A stretch of 64,000 nt of DNA from Candidatus Micrarchaeota archaeon. GTDB taxonomy: Archaea; Micrarchaeota; Micrarchaeia; Micrarchaeales; CABMGC01. Both the position numbers and the translations under genes were made by a program. The DNA lies in NCBI GenBank assembly GCA_021790305.1, contig JAJYED010000002.1:4200-68199 (forward strand), read 5' to 3'. Shown here in pieces: positions 27,927 through 36,503 of the stretch. Under the pieces are notes generated by a model. It was given only the letters and a program-made list of their open reading frames with translations, had not been told where the DNA came from and made no database searches. Positions within the stretch are counted from its first letter, which is position 1, and every line of letters begins with the position of its first letter.

Positions 27927-28674
27927 AGTGAGATTCTACTGCACGCTTCTCTGCAAAACTCATATCTGAAGGAAGCACGATGCACGCCGATCTTATGCTG
28001 CTGTTTTTTGAAAGTTCTGCCATCTCCTTTAACGAAGCGTAGGTTATTTGCTGCGCCTTCCTCCCTATGTCTGCCATGAATACCGCTTTGGTGTCTTGAC
28101 TTACCGTACCTTTTCCAGCTTCCAGAAGTGTAGGTATGGCTTCTGAAACACCTATCGATATGCCCTTCTCCTCTGTGACATCGAACAGGATAAGAGTGTG
28201 CTGTTTGTTCCCGAGATTCTTCGTTATTACGTTTATGAATGAGGTTGGCTTGTATTTTTCAGATACTCTGGGAATAGTGGCAGTAGGTCCGAACTTGTAT
28301 ATGTCAAGACCGCTCTCCCCTATTGCAGCTGTGAATATAGAGGGTGCGTGGACCACAGATACGCTTATGCCTTGATTCCTTGCCTCCTCTATTATTATAT
28401 GGTGGGTGGTTGCGACAAGAGGATCTCCTGGAAAGAGTATGGCTATGCTGCTTTCCTTTGCCATTGAAACCGTATCCCTTACATGGTCTTCAATATCTGT
28501 TCTGGTTATCTTCTTGGGCTCTTTGCCCGCAAGCAGGGCTATTTCATTTATGTACTCTTGAGTTATGCTCGCAGTATAGCCTTCATATAGGATAGAATCT
28601 GCATTCCTTAGGCATTCTGCGGCTTTTATTGAAAGGTCGCCGGAATCGAGGCCGAGGCCTATTAGGTAGAGCAT
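27910..28674 (-). CDS. dphB: Diphthine synthase
   Basis: 254 aa. MLYLIGLGLDSGDLSIKAAECLRNADSILYEGYT... and GDPLVATTH, the tetrapyrrole-methylase-fold diphthine synthase pattern. Confidence 0.9.
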   Translation of the reverse strand: MLYLIGLGLDSGDLSIKAAECLRNADSILYEGYTASITQEYINEIALLAGKEPKKITRTDIEDHVRDTVSMAKESSIAILFPGDPLVATTHHIIIEEARNQGISVSVVHAPSIFTAAIGESGLDIYKFGPTATIPRVSEKYKPTSFINVITKNLGNKQHTLILFDVTEEKGISIGVSEAIPTLLEAGKGTVSQDTKAVFMADIGRKAQQITYASLKEMAELSKNSSIRSACIVLPSDMSFAEKRAVESHSTSST

Positions 28675-28696
28675 AGAATCAGAACATTATGCAGGA

Positions 28697-29647
28697 TCAG
28701 CCGGAGATGCCGTTAGGAGTTATCTTTATGACAGCTTCGCCTTCAGGCATGCTTGGCGAGTCTACGAGCTTTACAATGCGCTTCTCCTCCTTTGACTTCC
28801 TCATGTAGAGTCTGGTGGTTGCAGCGTGAGCCACTATATTGCCACCTACAGGGGTTGTAGGGTCACCGAATAGTATCCCAGGATTGTCCATGACCTGGTT
28901 GGTTATGTAGACCGCTAGGCCGTGGGTATCAGCCAGCTGCTGGAGCTTGTGGATGTGCTGGTTGAGCTTCTGCTGCCTCTCTCCCAAGGAACCTCTCCCC
29001 AAGTACTCTGCCCTGAAGAGCGCCATGAGCGAGTCTACGATTATAAGCTTGATGTTCTTCTCCTTAATCAGTTTGTCTGCGCGCTCTGCAGCAAGGACCT
29101 GCTGGTCTGAGGTATGCGCACGGACTACGAAGATGTTTTCAAGTGCTTTCTGAGGGTCCAGGCCTGCATTCTTAGCGAGCGCCTCTATTCTTTCGGGCCT
29201 GAAGGTGCCTTCGGTATCTATGAAGAGCACGGTTCCGTCTAGGCCGCCTTCTGATACGGGCAGCTGTACGTTTACTGCAAGCTGGAAGCCGATCTGGGTC
29301 TTGCCTGCTGCAAACTTGCCATAGGCTTCGGTTATAGCGCTTGTCTCTACGCCTCCACCAAGCAGGTCGTTAAGGTCCTTTGCGCCTGTTGTTATCTTCC
29401 CGAGGATCTTCCTCTTGTCATAAATTGCTGAGCCTGTGTCATACTCAAGGGTGGTAGCCTGCTTTGCTGCCTCAATCGCCTTCTTCGCATTCTCAACGCT
29501 CAGGTTTACAAGGTCGGATAGTTCATGCGGTGCAGCTGTGGCTATCTTCTCTATGCTGTCATAGCCGAGCTCCTTGAGCTTCTCCGAAATAGTAGGCCCT
29601 ATGCCAGGAAGGTCGCCAAGATCCTTTATACCTTTTTCCTTTGCCAT
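28697..29647 (-). CDS. radA: DNA repair and recombination protein RadA
   Basis: 316 aa with an N-terminal HhH (LPGIGPTISEKLKELGY), Walker A EAYGKFAAGKTQ and Walker B LIIVDS. Confidence 0.95.
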   Translation of the reverse strand: MAKEKGIKDLGDLPGIGPTISEKLKELGYDSIEKIATAAPHELSDLVNLSVENAKKAIEAAKQATTLEYDTGSAIYDKRKILGKITTGAKDLNDLLGGGVETSAITEAYGKFAAGKTQIGFQLAVNVQLPVSEGGLDGTVLFIDTEGTFRPERIEALAKNAGLDPQKALENIFVVRAHTSDQQVLAAERADKLIKEKNIKLIIVDSLMALFRAEYLGRGSLGERQQKLNQHIHKLQQLADTHGLAVYITNQVMDNPGILFGDPTTPVGGNIVAHAATTRLYMRKSKEEKRIVKLVDSPSMPEGEAVIKITPNGISG

Positions 29648-29871
29648 ATAAACTCCCCAGATTTTGTAGATGAGAAGCGGTTTATTCTCTGTTATAACAG
29701 GAAATAAGCGTTTCCAATATTAAATAAGATACATTAATATATAATAAGGAGTGTGTAAAAAGAGAAAGATAATCGAGTATAGTAGGAAGAGGCCAGCAGC
29801 GTTTTCACGTGCTGGCAAGGCGACCAGTTACTCCTCCTCTGATAAAGAACTCGTATTGTAAAGCTCGTTTT

Positions 29872-29889
29872 AAAGATTTTTAAATCTTT
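29872..29889. promoter_or_regulatory. Palindromic TATA-like element AAAGATTT-TT-AAATCTTT
   Basis: 8-bp arms read directly, 22-39 nt upstream of the ATG at 29911. This position is expected for a TATA box of a leaderless or short-leader mRNA. Confidence 0.35.
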
Positions 29890-29910
29890 CTGAATAGTGG
29901 AATAGAGTAT

Positions 29911-30570
29911 ATGGTGAACTTCCTTACCCTTGATGGGAAAGCTGCGCTCCTTGCAGTGCTTATAGGCGTACTTATAGTGCTTTTTGGAGGTGTCTATGGT
30001 CCGTTCTTCCTAGCTGTGATAGTGCTCTTCCTTGCCTTTTCCGCCATTGTTACTAATATGGGCATAGGCATGAAGAAGAGGATAAAGGTCTATGAGGCCA
30101 AGAGAGGCTGGAAGAATGTTGTCGCAAATGGCATAATACCGCTATTGATAGTCATTCTTTACTGGTACTTCGGAAGCTTGGTACCTGACCCGATAGTGTT
30201 TGTAGTTGCTTATGTGGCGAGTGTGGCAGGGACAACTGCTGACAAGTTTGCCAGCGAGCTGGGCGTTCTTGGAGAGACGCCAATATCAATAATAACTTTC
30301 AAGAAGGTCAAAAAGGGCGTATCCGGAGGGGTTACGATCTTTGGTACGGTTTCCAGTTTCATCGGAGCTGCACTTATAGGGTTCTCAGGCATGGCAGTTG
30401 GTCTTCCCCCTGTTTATGTGCTGATAATAGCAATTTCCGGATTGCTGGGTTCTGTTGTTGACTCGGTAGCGGGCCACTTTGAGGAGAAAGGCATTGGCAA
30501 TAAATATACGTCTAACATACTCTGTGCCATAGCAGCTGCACTGATAGCCTATGCGGTCATTGTTTTGTAA
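29911..30570 (+). CDS. DUF92/TMEM19 family integral membrane protein
   Basis: 219 aa. RGWKNVVANG, TTADKFASELG, GVSGGVTIFGT and GSVVDSVAGH match the DUF92 conserved blocks. Confidence 0.65.
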   Translation: MVNFLTLDGKAALLAVLIGVLIVLFGGVYGPFFLAVIVLFLAFSAIVTNMGIGMKKRIKVYEAKRGWKNVVANGIIPLLIVILYWYFGSLVPDPIVFVVAYVASVAGTTADKFASELGVLGETPISIITFKKVKKGVSGGVTIFGTVSSFIGAALIGFSGMAVGLPPVYVLIIAISGLLGSVVDSVAGHFEEKGIGNKYTSNILCAIAAALIAYAVIVL

Positions 30571-31468
30571 AGGTGAGCCAGTGCGCGAATTCAGGATCCT
30601 TTCCTGACACTATCTCTGTAAACCTCTCCTGTATTATCTTTGTGATAGGGCCAGGTTTTCCTTTTCCTATCCTGACCTTGTCTACAGATACTATAGGGGT
30701 TATCTCTGCAGCTGTTCCTGAAAAGAAGAGCTCATCTGCTGTGAGAAGCTCCTCCCTGTGGACAAGCCTCTCTTCCACAGTTATCCCTATGCTTTCAGCT
30801 ATCTTCAGTACCGAATCCCTGGTTATGCCCAGGAGTATGTCTGACTCTTTTGAAGGGGTTAGCAGCTTGTTCTCTTCCACAAGAAAGAGATTCTCTCCCG
30901 GGCCTTCTGCAACCCATCCGTTTGTAGAGAGCATTATGGCCTCTTCCGCTCCTGAGTTCTTTGCCTCTTTTGAAGCCATCACAGATGTCGCATAGTTGCC
31001 GCTCAGCTTTGCCTGCGGAGGCAGTATCTGCGAATTTATCCTGCGCATCGATGATATCTTGCAGGTTATGCCCTTGTCCTTATCCCCGAAGTAGTTTCCG
31101 AAAGGAACAGCTATTACGGCAACGCTTATCTTCTTCCCTTCAGTATCAAGTCCTATCCTAGGGTCGTTGTAGAATCCGAACGGACGTATGTAGCATGATG
31201 CCAGCTTGTTCTTTTCCACTATCTCCAATATTGCCTCTTCCAACTCCTTCTGGCTGCAGCCAAGCTGCATCCCTGCGATCTTTGCCGTCCTTATGAATCT
31301 TGCGGCATGCTCCTTTAACCTGAAGACTGCAGGACCTTTAGCTGTTGAGTATGCCCTTATCCCTTCGAATATCCCGCTTCCATACTGCAATGAGTGCGTA
31401 GAGATAGGCACAACCGCCTTTTCAGAATCTATGAATCTTCCATCCAACCATACGTAGCTTTTTGCCAT
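30557..31468 (-). CDS. ilvE: Branched-chain amino acid aminotransferase (class IV)
   Basis: MAKSYVWLDGRFIDSEKAVVPISTHSLQYGSGIFEGIRAY... ATG at 31468 is preceded by GGTG; the track start TTG at 31498 is less likely. Confidence 0.9.
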   Translation of the reverse strand: MAKSYVWLDGRFIDSEKAVVPISTHSLQYGSGIFEGIRAYSTAKGPAVFRLKEHAARFIRTAKIAGMQLGCSQKELEEAILEIVEKNKLASCYIRPFGFYNDPRIGLDTEGKKISVAVIAVPFGNYFGDKDKGITCKISSMRRINSQILPPQAKLSGNYATSVMASKEAKNSGAEEAIMLSTNGWVAEGPGENLFLVEENKLLTPSKESDILLGITRDSVLKIAESIGITVEERLVHREELLTADELFFSGTAAEITPIVSVDKVRIGKGKPGPITKIIQERFTEIVSGKDPEFAHWLTFTKQ

Positions 31469-31560
31469 GACACCATCTTTTATTTGATTGAGAGCCAATT
31501 AATAACTCTTGGTTCAGGTTTAAATATTTGTCCGCTTCAGTCAGTAATGGTTATGTTTTC

Positions 31561-33138
31561 ATGGCTAAATCAGGTTCAGGTCTGGGGGCAAAGGCAGCCG
31601 GCACCATATACCCGCTCTTTATAGGAAATGCGCTTGGCGTCCTTCTTGCAGCCTTTAAGATAATAATAGCTACAAGGCTGCTGGGAGCCGCGCTTTTTGG
31701 GGTTTACGTCTTCATAGTCAGCTATTATACGCTCATAGGCAGCGTCACGGATTTTGGCATCTCCTCTTATTTCAAGAAGTATGTTGCTGAGCTTAACTAC
31801 AAAAAGGACGGGAAGGGCATGCAGAAGGTGCTCTCTGCAGGATTTGCTTCTGTGGCCCTGGTCAGCCTGCTCCTTGCACTCCTCGGAATTCTGCTTAGCG
31901 GTTATGTGGCTTCGGTATTCGGCGGCACAATAGGGGTTACACAGAATCTTCTTGAGCTCGGCTCGCTCATACTCTTCTCAACCATAATGTATGGAGCTGT
32001 TGCAGGAATACTCATAGGGCTTGGCAGAGGCAGGGATTTTTCAGTGGCATATCTTGCGTATATGGCTTCGGATCTTGCAATAACATCCTATACGCTGCTA
32101 AACGGCTATGGCATTGTAGGAATACTGTTGGGCTCTCTTATAGGCAGCGTAATAGGGCTCGTAGTAGCGCTTTTCTACATAAACAGGTATCTCTCGCAGT
32201 ATATGGATTTCTGCCCTTGGTACCCTAAAGCGCCTGATGTAAAAAGGGCTTTGGGCTTTTCCTATCCGCTTGCAATCTATAACTTCTTTACAAACAGCAT
32301 GCAGAACTTCTCCATAATCCTGCTTGGCTTTTTTGTAAGCGAGACCGTGATAGGAAATTACGGAACAGCTCTGAAAGGGCTTTCAGTACTCCTTGTATTC
32401 TATGGTTCCGTTGTATCTGTGATGCTGCCTACATTTTCAGAAGCTGCCAAGAAGAGCGTGAAGAGGGCGTACAGCGAAGGCGTCTTCAATGCTTCCGTAC
32501 TCTATTCCGTATTTGTCACCTTTCCGATACTGCTCTTCTTTGCTATTTTCAGCAAGTCCCTGATATACATACTTATAGGGAGCAGCTATACGCTCGCGCC
32601 ATATTACCTGACATTGATAGCGATAGGGACGGTTACAGGGCTTGTAGGATTCTTTTCCGGATCCATGCTGATAGCCAGAGGATTTACAAAGAAGATCCTC
32701 AAGTATGGTGGGCTTTCCTCGCTTCTGCAGTTCGTTTCTATGCTGCTCCTGGTGCCTTATTTTGGAGTGATAGGAGCCATAGTGGGCATATTCTTCATAG
32801 GCAGTGTTGCTAATAGTATATTCTTCACCTTTGCAGTTTCGCGCATGCTCAAGATAAGGGTTAACCTTGCAAAGCTCTCCAGGCTCTCTCTTGCAAATAT
32901 AGGAGCGGCGCTCCTTATGGTTATTGCGTTGTTTGCGGCTCAGTCAATGGCAATCGAGATAATAGCAGGGCTTGCCATACTTATCATAGCATATCCTGCG
33001 TTTGTAGTAATTTCAAGGGCTATGGATAGCAAAGAGATAGAATACTTCAGATCGAGCACCTCTTCACTTGCAGTTGCGGGGCTGATTATAGGAGCTGTAT
33101 GCGATTATATGGCGGCTGTAGATGAAAGAGTAGGTTAA
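31561..33138 (+). CDS. Polysaccharide/oligosaccharide flippase (MOP/Wzx-like)
   Basis: About 525 aa, about 14 TM helices, with the polysaccharide-biosynthesis-protein family pattern. ATG at 31561; the ORF is open from TTG at 31528. Confidence 0.7.
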   Translation: MAKSGSGLGAKAAGTIYPLFIGNALGVLLAAFKIIIATRLLGAALFGVYVFIVSYYTLIGSVTDFGISSYFKKYVAELNYKKDGKGMQKVLSAGFASVALVSLLLALLGILLSGYVASVFGGTIGVTQNLLELGSLILFSTIMYGAVAGILIGLGRGRDFSVAYLAYMASDLAITSYTLLNGYGIVGILLGSLIGSVIGLVVALFYINRYLSQYMDFCPWYPKAPDVKRALGFSYPLAIYNFFTNSMQNFSIILLGFFVSETVIGNYGTALKGLSVLLVFYGSVVSVMLPTFSEAAKKSVKRAYSEGVFNASVLYSVFVTFPILLFFAIFSKSLIYILIGSSYTLAPYYLTLIAIGTVTGLVGFFSGSMLIARGFTKKILKYGGLSSLLQFVSMLLLVPYFGVIGAIVGIFFIGSVANSIFFTFAVSRMLKIRVNLAKLSRLSLANIGAALLMVIALFAAQSMAIEIIAGLAILIIAYPAFVVISRAMDSKEIEYFRSSTSSLAVAGLIIGAVCDYMAAVDERVG

Positions 33139-33141
33139 TGA

Positions 33142-33215
33142 TGCGCCAGCCGGGATTTGAACCCGGGTTATTGCCTTGGGAAGGCAAAGTCCTGGCCAGG
33201 CTAGACTACTGGCGC
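33142..33215 (-). tRNA. tRNA-Gly (anticodon CCC)
   Basis: Minus strand: GCGCCAG-TA-GTCTAGCCTGGCCAGGAC-T-TTGCC-TTCCCAA-GGCAA-...CCGGGTTCAAATCCCGG-CTGGCGC-A. Confidence 0.9.
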
Positions 33216-33968
33216 CTATCTAATATAAGGCATCCCTTCTGAAGGTTTTGAAGGATCATGGGTGTCTATAGACTGCTCTATCTCCTTTATCACGCGTTCG
33301 GTCTCCTTCTTGAGCTTGTCCAGGTTTTCAAGCTCTATCTTAGTCCCTATTATGCCCTCCATTATGCGCAGGACGGCCCTGGCTGCGCTTGCGTCTATCT
33401 CCAGGAAGCCTGTCTCTCCCATAAGGCATGCCGAAGGTATGCTATACTTCTGTGCAAAAACAGGTATGAGCCCTGCAGATCCCCATATGGTACCGGTTAT
33501 CTTCCCGAATATTACGCCTTGCTTTTCCAGCTCCTTCCTCATATTCTTGTCGTTTGATACTGCAAAGACCTTTGGCGATTCGGTATATTTGTTGGATGCG
33601 TTGTATCCGCCTATAGTATAGATGCGCTTCCCTCCGAGTTTCTTGAAAAACTTGACTATCAGCTCGTTTACCTCGTACTGGCCCTCTGAGGATGGAGATT
33701 GGGTGTCTCCGAGCAGTACCAGTATATCCTTGCCTTTTATGTTTTTGTAATAGAACCTGTTGCTGACTACCCTGAAGCCTCCGCTCTTGAGCATCAGAAC
33801 CTGATGAAGAAAGTATGGCGAGTAAAGAGTTGCAAACTTCTCGGCTTTTATCGACTTGCGTATATGCTCCGCTGCAAGATTGCCGACATTCCCTATGCCT
33901 GGCAGACCCACTATCAGTATAGGATCCTTGAGCTTCCTTTTCTTGTAGTATATCTTGGTCTTGTCCAG
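33216..33968 (-). CDS. PAC2-family proteasome assembly chaperone (PbaA/PbaB-like)
   Basis: ...KDPILIVGLPGIGNVGNLAAEHIRK is the PAC2 signature. The track start is GTG at 33911 (V of IVGLPG). The conserved strand upstream is in frame but has no ATG/GTG/TTG; CTG at 33968 follows an SD-like GTGAT. The stop codon abuts tRNA-Gly. Confidence 0.7.
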   Translation of the reverse strand: MDKTKIYYKKRKLKDPILIVGLPGIGNVGNLAAEHIRKSIKAEKFATLYSPYFLHQVLMLKSGGFRVVSNRFYYKNIKGKDILVLLGDTQSPSSEGQYEVNELIVKFFKKLGGKRIYTIGGYNASNKYTESPKVFAVSNDKNMRKELEKQGVIFGKITGTIWGSAGLIPVFAQKYSIPSACLMGETGFLEIDASAARAVLRIMEGIIGTKIELENLDKLKKETERVIKEIEQSIDTHDPSKPSEGMPYIR

Positions 33969-33972
33969 GCAA

Positions 33973-34731
33973 TCACTTGTTCGTTTTCTTAAAAGCGTAC
34001 TGAATGTCAGAAGAGTGCTTTTCCAGTATGGCTTCTGCGCTCTTTATCCTCGCTTCTGCTTTTGTATAATCAGAATCCGTTGATGTGAGGGAATAATGCG
34101 GTGCTCCAAGATATCTGGTTTCGTTGCCTTTTGCAGCCATCTCCTTAAGGAGTGTCTTTACCAACGCTATTCCTTTCTGCGGGTTTGTAACAGTAAGTTC
34201 CAGGTTATAAGATACTGTGTATGTTTTGGGTTTTATGTTTTTCTTTGCGGCTTCGTAGAACGCTTCTTTGAAGGTTTTGTCTCCGCATGCCGCCAGGGGA
34301 TCCTTGTCTTCATAAGCAAGAGTCAGCAATTCATGATATGTGGCTATGTTTTGAGGTATCCTGCTTATTATCTCCTCTTTTGCATTCTCTTTTTTTGCAA
34401 GCTTTGCCGTACTGTCGAATATTGCCTTTGCCCTTTTCTCGGCGCTGTATTCGTTTATCTTGTCCTTCTTCTCCTTCTGGGTTACCTTTTTCAGTGAAAT
34501 GTCTACTGCGTTCTTCGTAGGGTCAATGAAGATCACTTTTGCTACATCCTGCTGCCCCTCCCTTATGAATTCGTGTATGTTCTTTATCCATCCTGAGGAT
34601 ACTTCGGAAATAGGAAGGTATGCGTCCACCCCATACTCTTCAAGCTTGCAGTACGCACCGTGGGGAGTAACTTTCGTTATCTTCACTATTACAAATTCCC
34701 CTTGTGCGGGCAGCTCTTTTTTTCTCAACAT
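33973..34731 (-). CDS. eif2a: Translation initiation factor aIF2 alpha subunit
   Basis: 252 aa with an N-terminal S1 domain: LPAQGEFVIVKITKVTPHGAYCKLEEYGVDAYLPISEVSSGWIKNI. Confidence 0.9.
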   Translation of the reverse strand: MLRKKELPAQGEFVIVKITKVTPHGAYCKLEEYGVDAYLPISEVSSGWIKNIHEFIREGQQDVAKVIFIDPTKNAVDISLKKVTQKEKKDKINEYSAEKRAKAIFDSTAKLAKKENAKEEIISRIPQNIATYHELLTLAYEDKDPLAACGDKTFKEAFYEAAKKNIKPKTYTVSYNLELTVTNPQKGIALVKTLLKEMAAKGNETRYLGAPHYSLTSTDSDYTKAEARIKSAEAILEKHSSDIQYAFKKTNK

Positions 34732-34735
34732 TTTA

Positions 34736-35017
34736 TCAGTGCTTTATCTCGATCTTCTTCTTCGTCCTTCTGCCGAATACCCTTTCTGTCGTCTTCTTGC
34801 ATACGGTGCACTGCACCATTACCTTCTGCCTCTTGCCTAGTTTCTTAGGGTGTATCTTAGGCTCGACGCTGCCTACATAACCTTTAATTGCGCGGTTGTG
34901 CCTTCTTGTGCCAAGGCTTAACCCTGACTGTGGCTTTTTGTTATACGGCTTTACAAGCTGTTTTGTATGCTTGCCGCAGAATTTGCAATACATATTCAAT
35001 TCCTTGTCTATTTTCAT
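34736..35017 (-). CDS. rpl44e: Ribosomal protein L44e (eL42)
   Basis: 93 aa. YCKFCGKHT...GLSLGTRRHNRAIKGYVGSVEP...VQCTVCKK, a zinc-ribbon L44e pattern. Confidence 0.9.
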   Translation of the reverse strand: MKIDKELNMYCKFCGKHTKQLVKPYNKKPQSGLSLGTRRHNRAIKGYVGSVEPKIHPKKLGKRQKVMVQCTVCKKTTERVFGRRTKKKIEIKH

Positions 35018-35025
35018 AAAATCAC

Positions 35026-35472
35026 TTAACCTATTTTCTCTCCTATATTATTTTCTATTATAAACATAACGTCGTCATTGCTGTTTATATCTATTATCTC
35101 GTTTTTGTTATACGGCCCTAGTTTTGTGCCTGTGTTTGTTATTATCTCTGGTACGTCCATATTTATCTTGATTTTGGTAGAGTTTTGTATCTTGCCTTTC
35201 TTTAGAACTGCCCTTATTTTCGAATATATCTCATTTTCTTCATCTGCAACCTCGTTGCCTATCTGTTTGTCGTATGCTATGTACATAAGTATTTTCTGGA
35301 TTCTTTTTTCTTTTAAAAAATCAAATGTATTGGTTATGTTTGTTTTTTCAACGTCGTTTTCAGAATTTCTGATTAACTCTTCAGCTTCTTTGTAAAAATT
35401 TTTGTGCATAGGCAAAAGTTTGCTTGTATTCTTCTCTTTTTTATAGAAATCTATAAGCTCTAAATAATCCAT
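35026..35472 (-). CDS. GINS subunit (Gins51/Sld5-like)
   Basis: 148 aa. N-terminal helical part: LELIDFYKKEKNTSKLLPMHKNFYKEAEELI...EKRIQKIL. C-terminal B-domain-like part: DVPEIITNTGTKLGPYNKNEIIDINSNDDVMFIIENNIGEKI. The gene is markedly AT-rich. Confidence 0.6.
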   Translation of the reverse strand: MDYLELIDFYKKEKNTSKLLPMHKNFYKEAEELIRNSENDVEKTNITNTFDFLKEKRIQKILMYIAYDKQIGNEVADEENEIYSKIRAVLKKGKIQNSTKIKINMDVPEIITNTGTKLGPYNKNEIIDINSNDDVMFIIENNIGEKIG

Positions 35473-35490
35473 TTTAACACAACAGGGTTG

Positions 35491-35588
35491 AGTTCCACTA
35501 ATATTTTATTTTGCTCTGCAAATAAAAAATAAATACTAAAGCGTAATTTACTACTATATATTATATAAGTAACTTGAATAGTGGAACT
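35491..35588. repeat. 10-bp perfect inverted repeat AGTTCCACTA / TAGTGGAACT flanking a 78-nt AT-rich spacer
   Basis: 35491-35500 is the reverse complement of 35579-35588, read directly. It lies between the tRNAi-Met 3' end and the GINS start. Confidence 0.6.
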
Positions 35589-35603
35589 GTACCCTCTACT
35601 GTA

Positions 35604-35678
35604 TAGCGAGAGGTGGATTTGAACCACCGATCTCCGGGTTATGAGCCCGGCGGGCACTCCAGTCTACCCTACCTCGCT
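35604..35678 (-). tRNA. Initiator tRNA-Met (anticodon CAT)
   Basis: Minus strand: AGCGAGG-TA-GGGTAGACTGGAGTGCCC-G-CCGGG-CTCATAA-CCCGG-...GGTGGTTCAAATCCACC-TCTCGCT-A. The A1:U72 pair and three G:C pairs closing the anticodon stem are archaeal/eukaryal initiator hallmarks. Confidence 0.85.
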
Positions 35679-35711
35679 ACTGTAATATAAGAAGGACAAG
35701 ATTACTTTACC

Positions 35712-36503
35712 TTACTTACTTTTTAAACCTTTTATAAAAAGCTTGGCGTTCTCCCTATCCACCATATCAAGCTTGCTTCCGCAATCTGAGCATTTAAAAC
35801 TATATTCTATGGCAGAATCAAAGGGCAGTATCAGCATGTTATTCTCATAGCATTTCTTGCATAAGAAGAAGTCATTGCAGTTATCTTGGAGAACTGCCTC
35901 CACAGCAACTGGCGCATTCTTATGGGCATTTGCATATTCTGAAAGCTTTTCAGCGTCTACTCTCCATGTAAAAATAAGCCATCCGCTATTGTCCTTAGTG
36001 ACGTCATACTTTGTTATTCCATGTCCATTCATCATGTTAAGAACCCTCCTCACCTCATTTATCTTCATCTCAAGCTTTTCTGCAATTTTCTCATCTGTCT
36101 GGGGTTTCTTGTAAAGGATCTTAACTATGTCTACGGACCTATCCCCTACCGTGTTAGTCAGGTGTTCGGTGAAATGTGGGTCAACAAAAACCTCTTCAAC
36201 AACCTTCATATCCTGCTTTCTATGCTCATGCTCCAAGGCCTCGGCCTCCTTTTCCCTGCGCTCCTTCAGCGTCTCCTTAACCACAACCTTAGGCACTATG
36301 TTGGCGTTCTTGTGCACATTCTTAGTATTAACTGCTGCTTTCTTTGCAGCATGCTGCACAGGGTGCTTCTTTGGCTTAACTACCGCCTTATGCGGCTTTA
36401 TGTGTATATGGGCCTTATTCGACTTCTTTGCAGTAGGCTTAGAATGCATCTTATTCTTAGAATTCTTTCCTTTGTTTTTGTTTGGTTTTTGCATGAGGAT
36501 CAC
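35712..36503 (-). CDS. tfe: Transcription factor E (TFE/TFIIE-alpha homologue) with a basic N-terminal extension
   Basis: The C-terminal about 165 aa contain a winged helix (DRSVDIVKILYKKPQTDEKIAEKLEMKINEVRRVLNMM...GWLIFTWRV) and a zinc ribbon (CKKC...CSDCG). Residues 1-98 are Lys/His-rich. An internal ATG (M99) lies at 36209. Confidence 0.75.
   Translation of the reverse strand: MILMQKPNKNKGKNSKNKMHSKPTAKKSNKAHIHIKPHKAVVKPKKHPVQHAAKKAAVNTKNVHKNANIVPKVVVKETLKERREKEAEALEHEHRKQDMKVVEEVFVDPHFTEHLTNTVGDRSVDIVKILYKKPQTDEKIAEKLEMKINEVRRVLNMMNGHGITKYDVTKDNSGWLIFTWRVDAEKLSEYANAHKNAPVAVEAVLQDNCNDFFLCKKCYENNMLILPFDSAIEYSFKCSDCGSKLDMVDRENAKLFIKGLKSK

Noticed and set aside
29785-29845. Hairpin CCAGCA-N11-TGCTGG and downstream CTGA in the 263-nt radA/DUF92 intergenic region as a possible C/D-box or other small RNA
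   Set aside because: There is no C box (RUGAUGA), no convincing terminal stem and no similarity to known RNA families that I can recognise. The evidence is insufficient.
33442-33972. 176-aa minus-strand ORF starting with TTG directly after eif2a
   Set aside because: It is out of frame with the PAC2 signature (GLPGIGNVG). It is Arg/Gln-rich and featureless. I considered it as evidence for a frameshifted PAC2 start, but its N-terminus (MPGQDQDILQEKEAQ) does not resemble PAC2.
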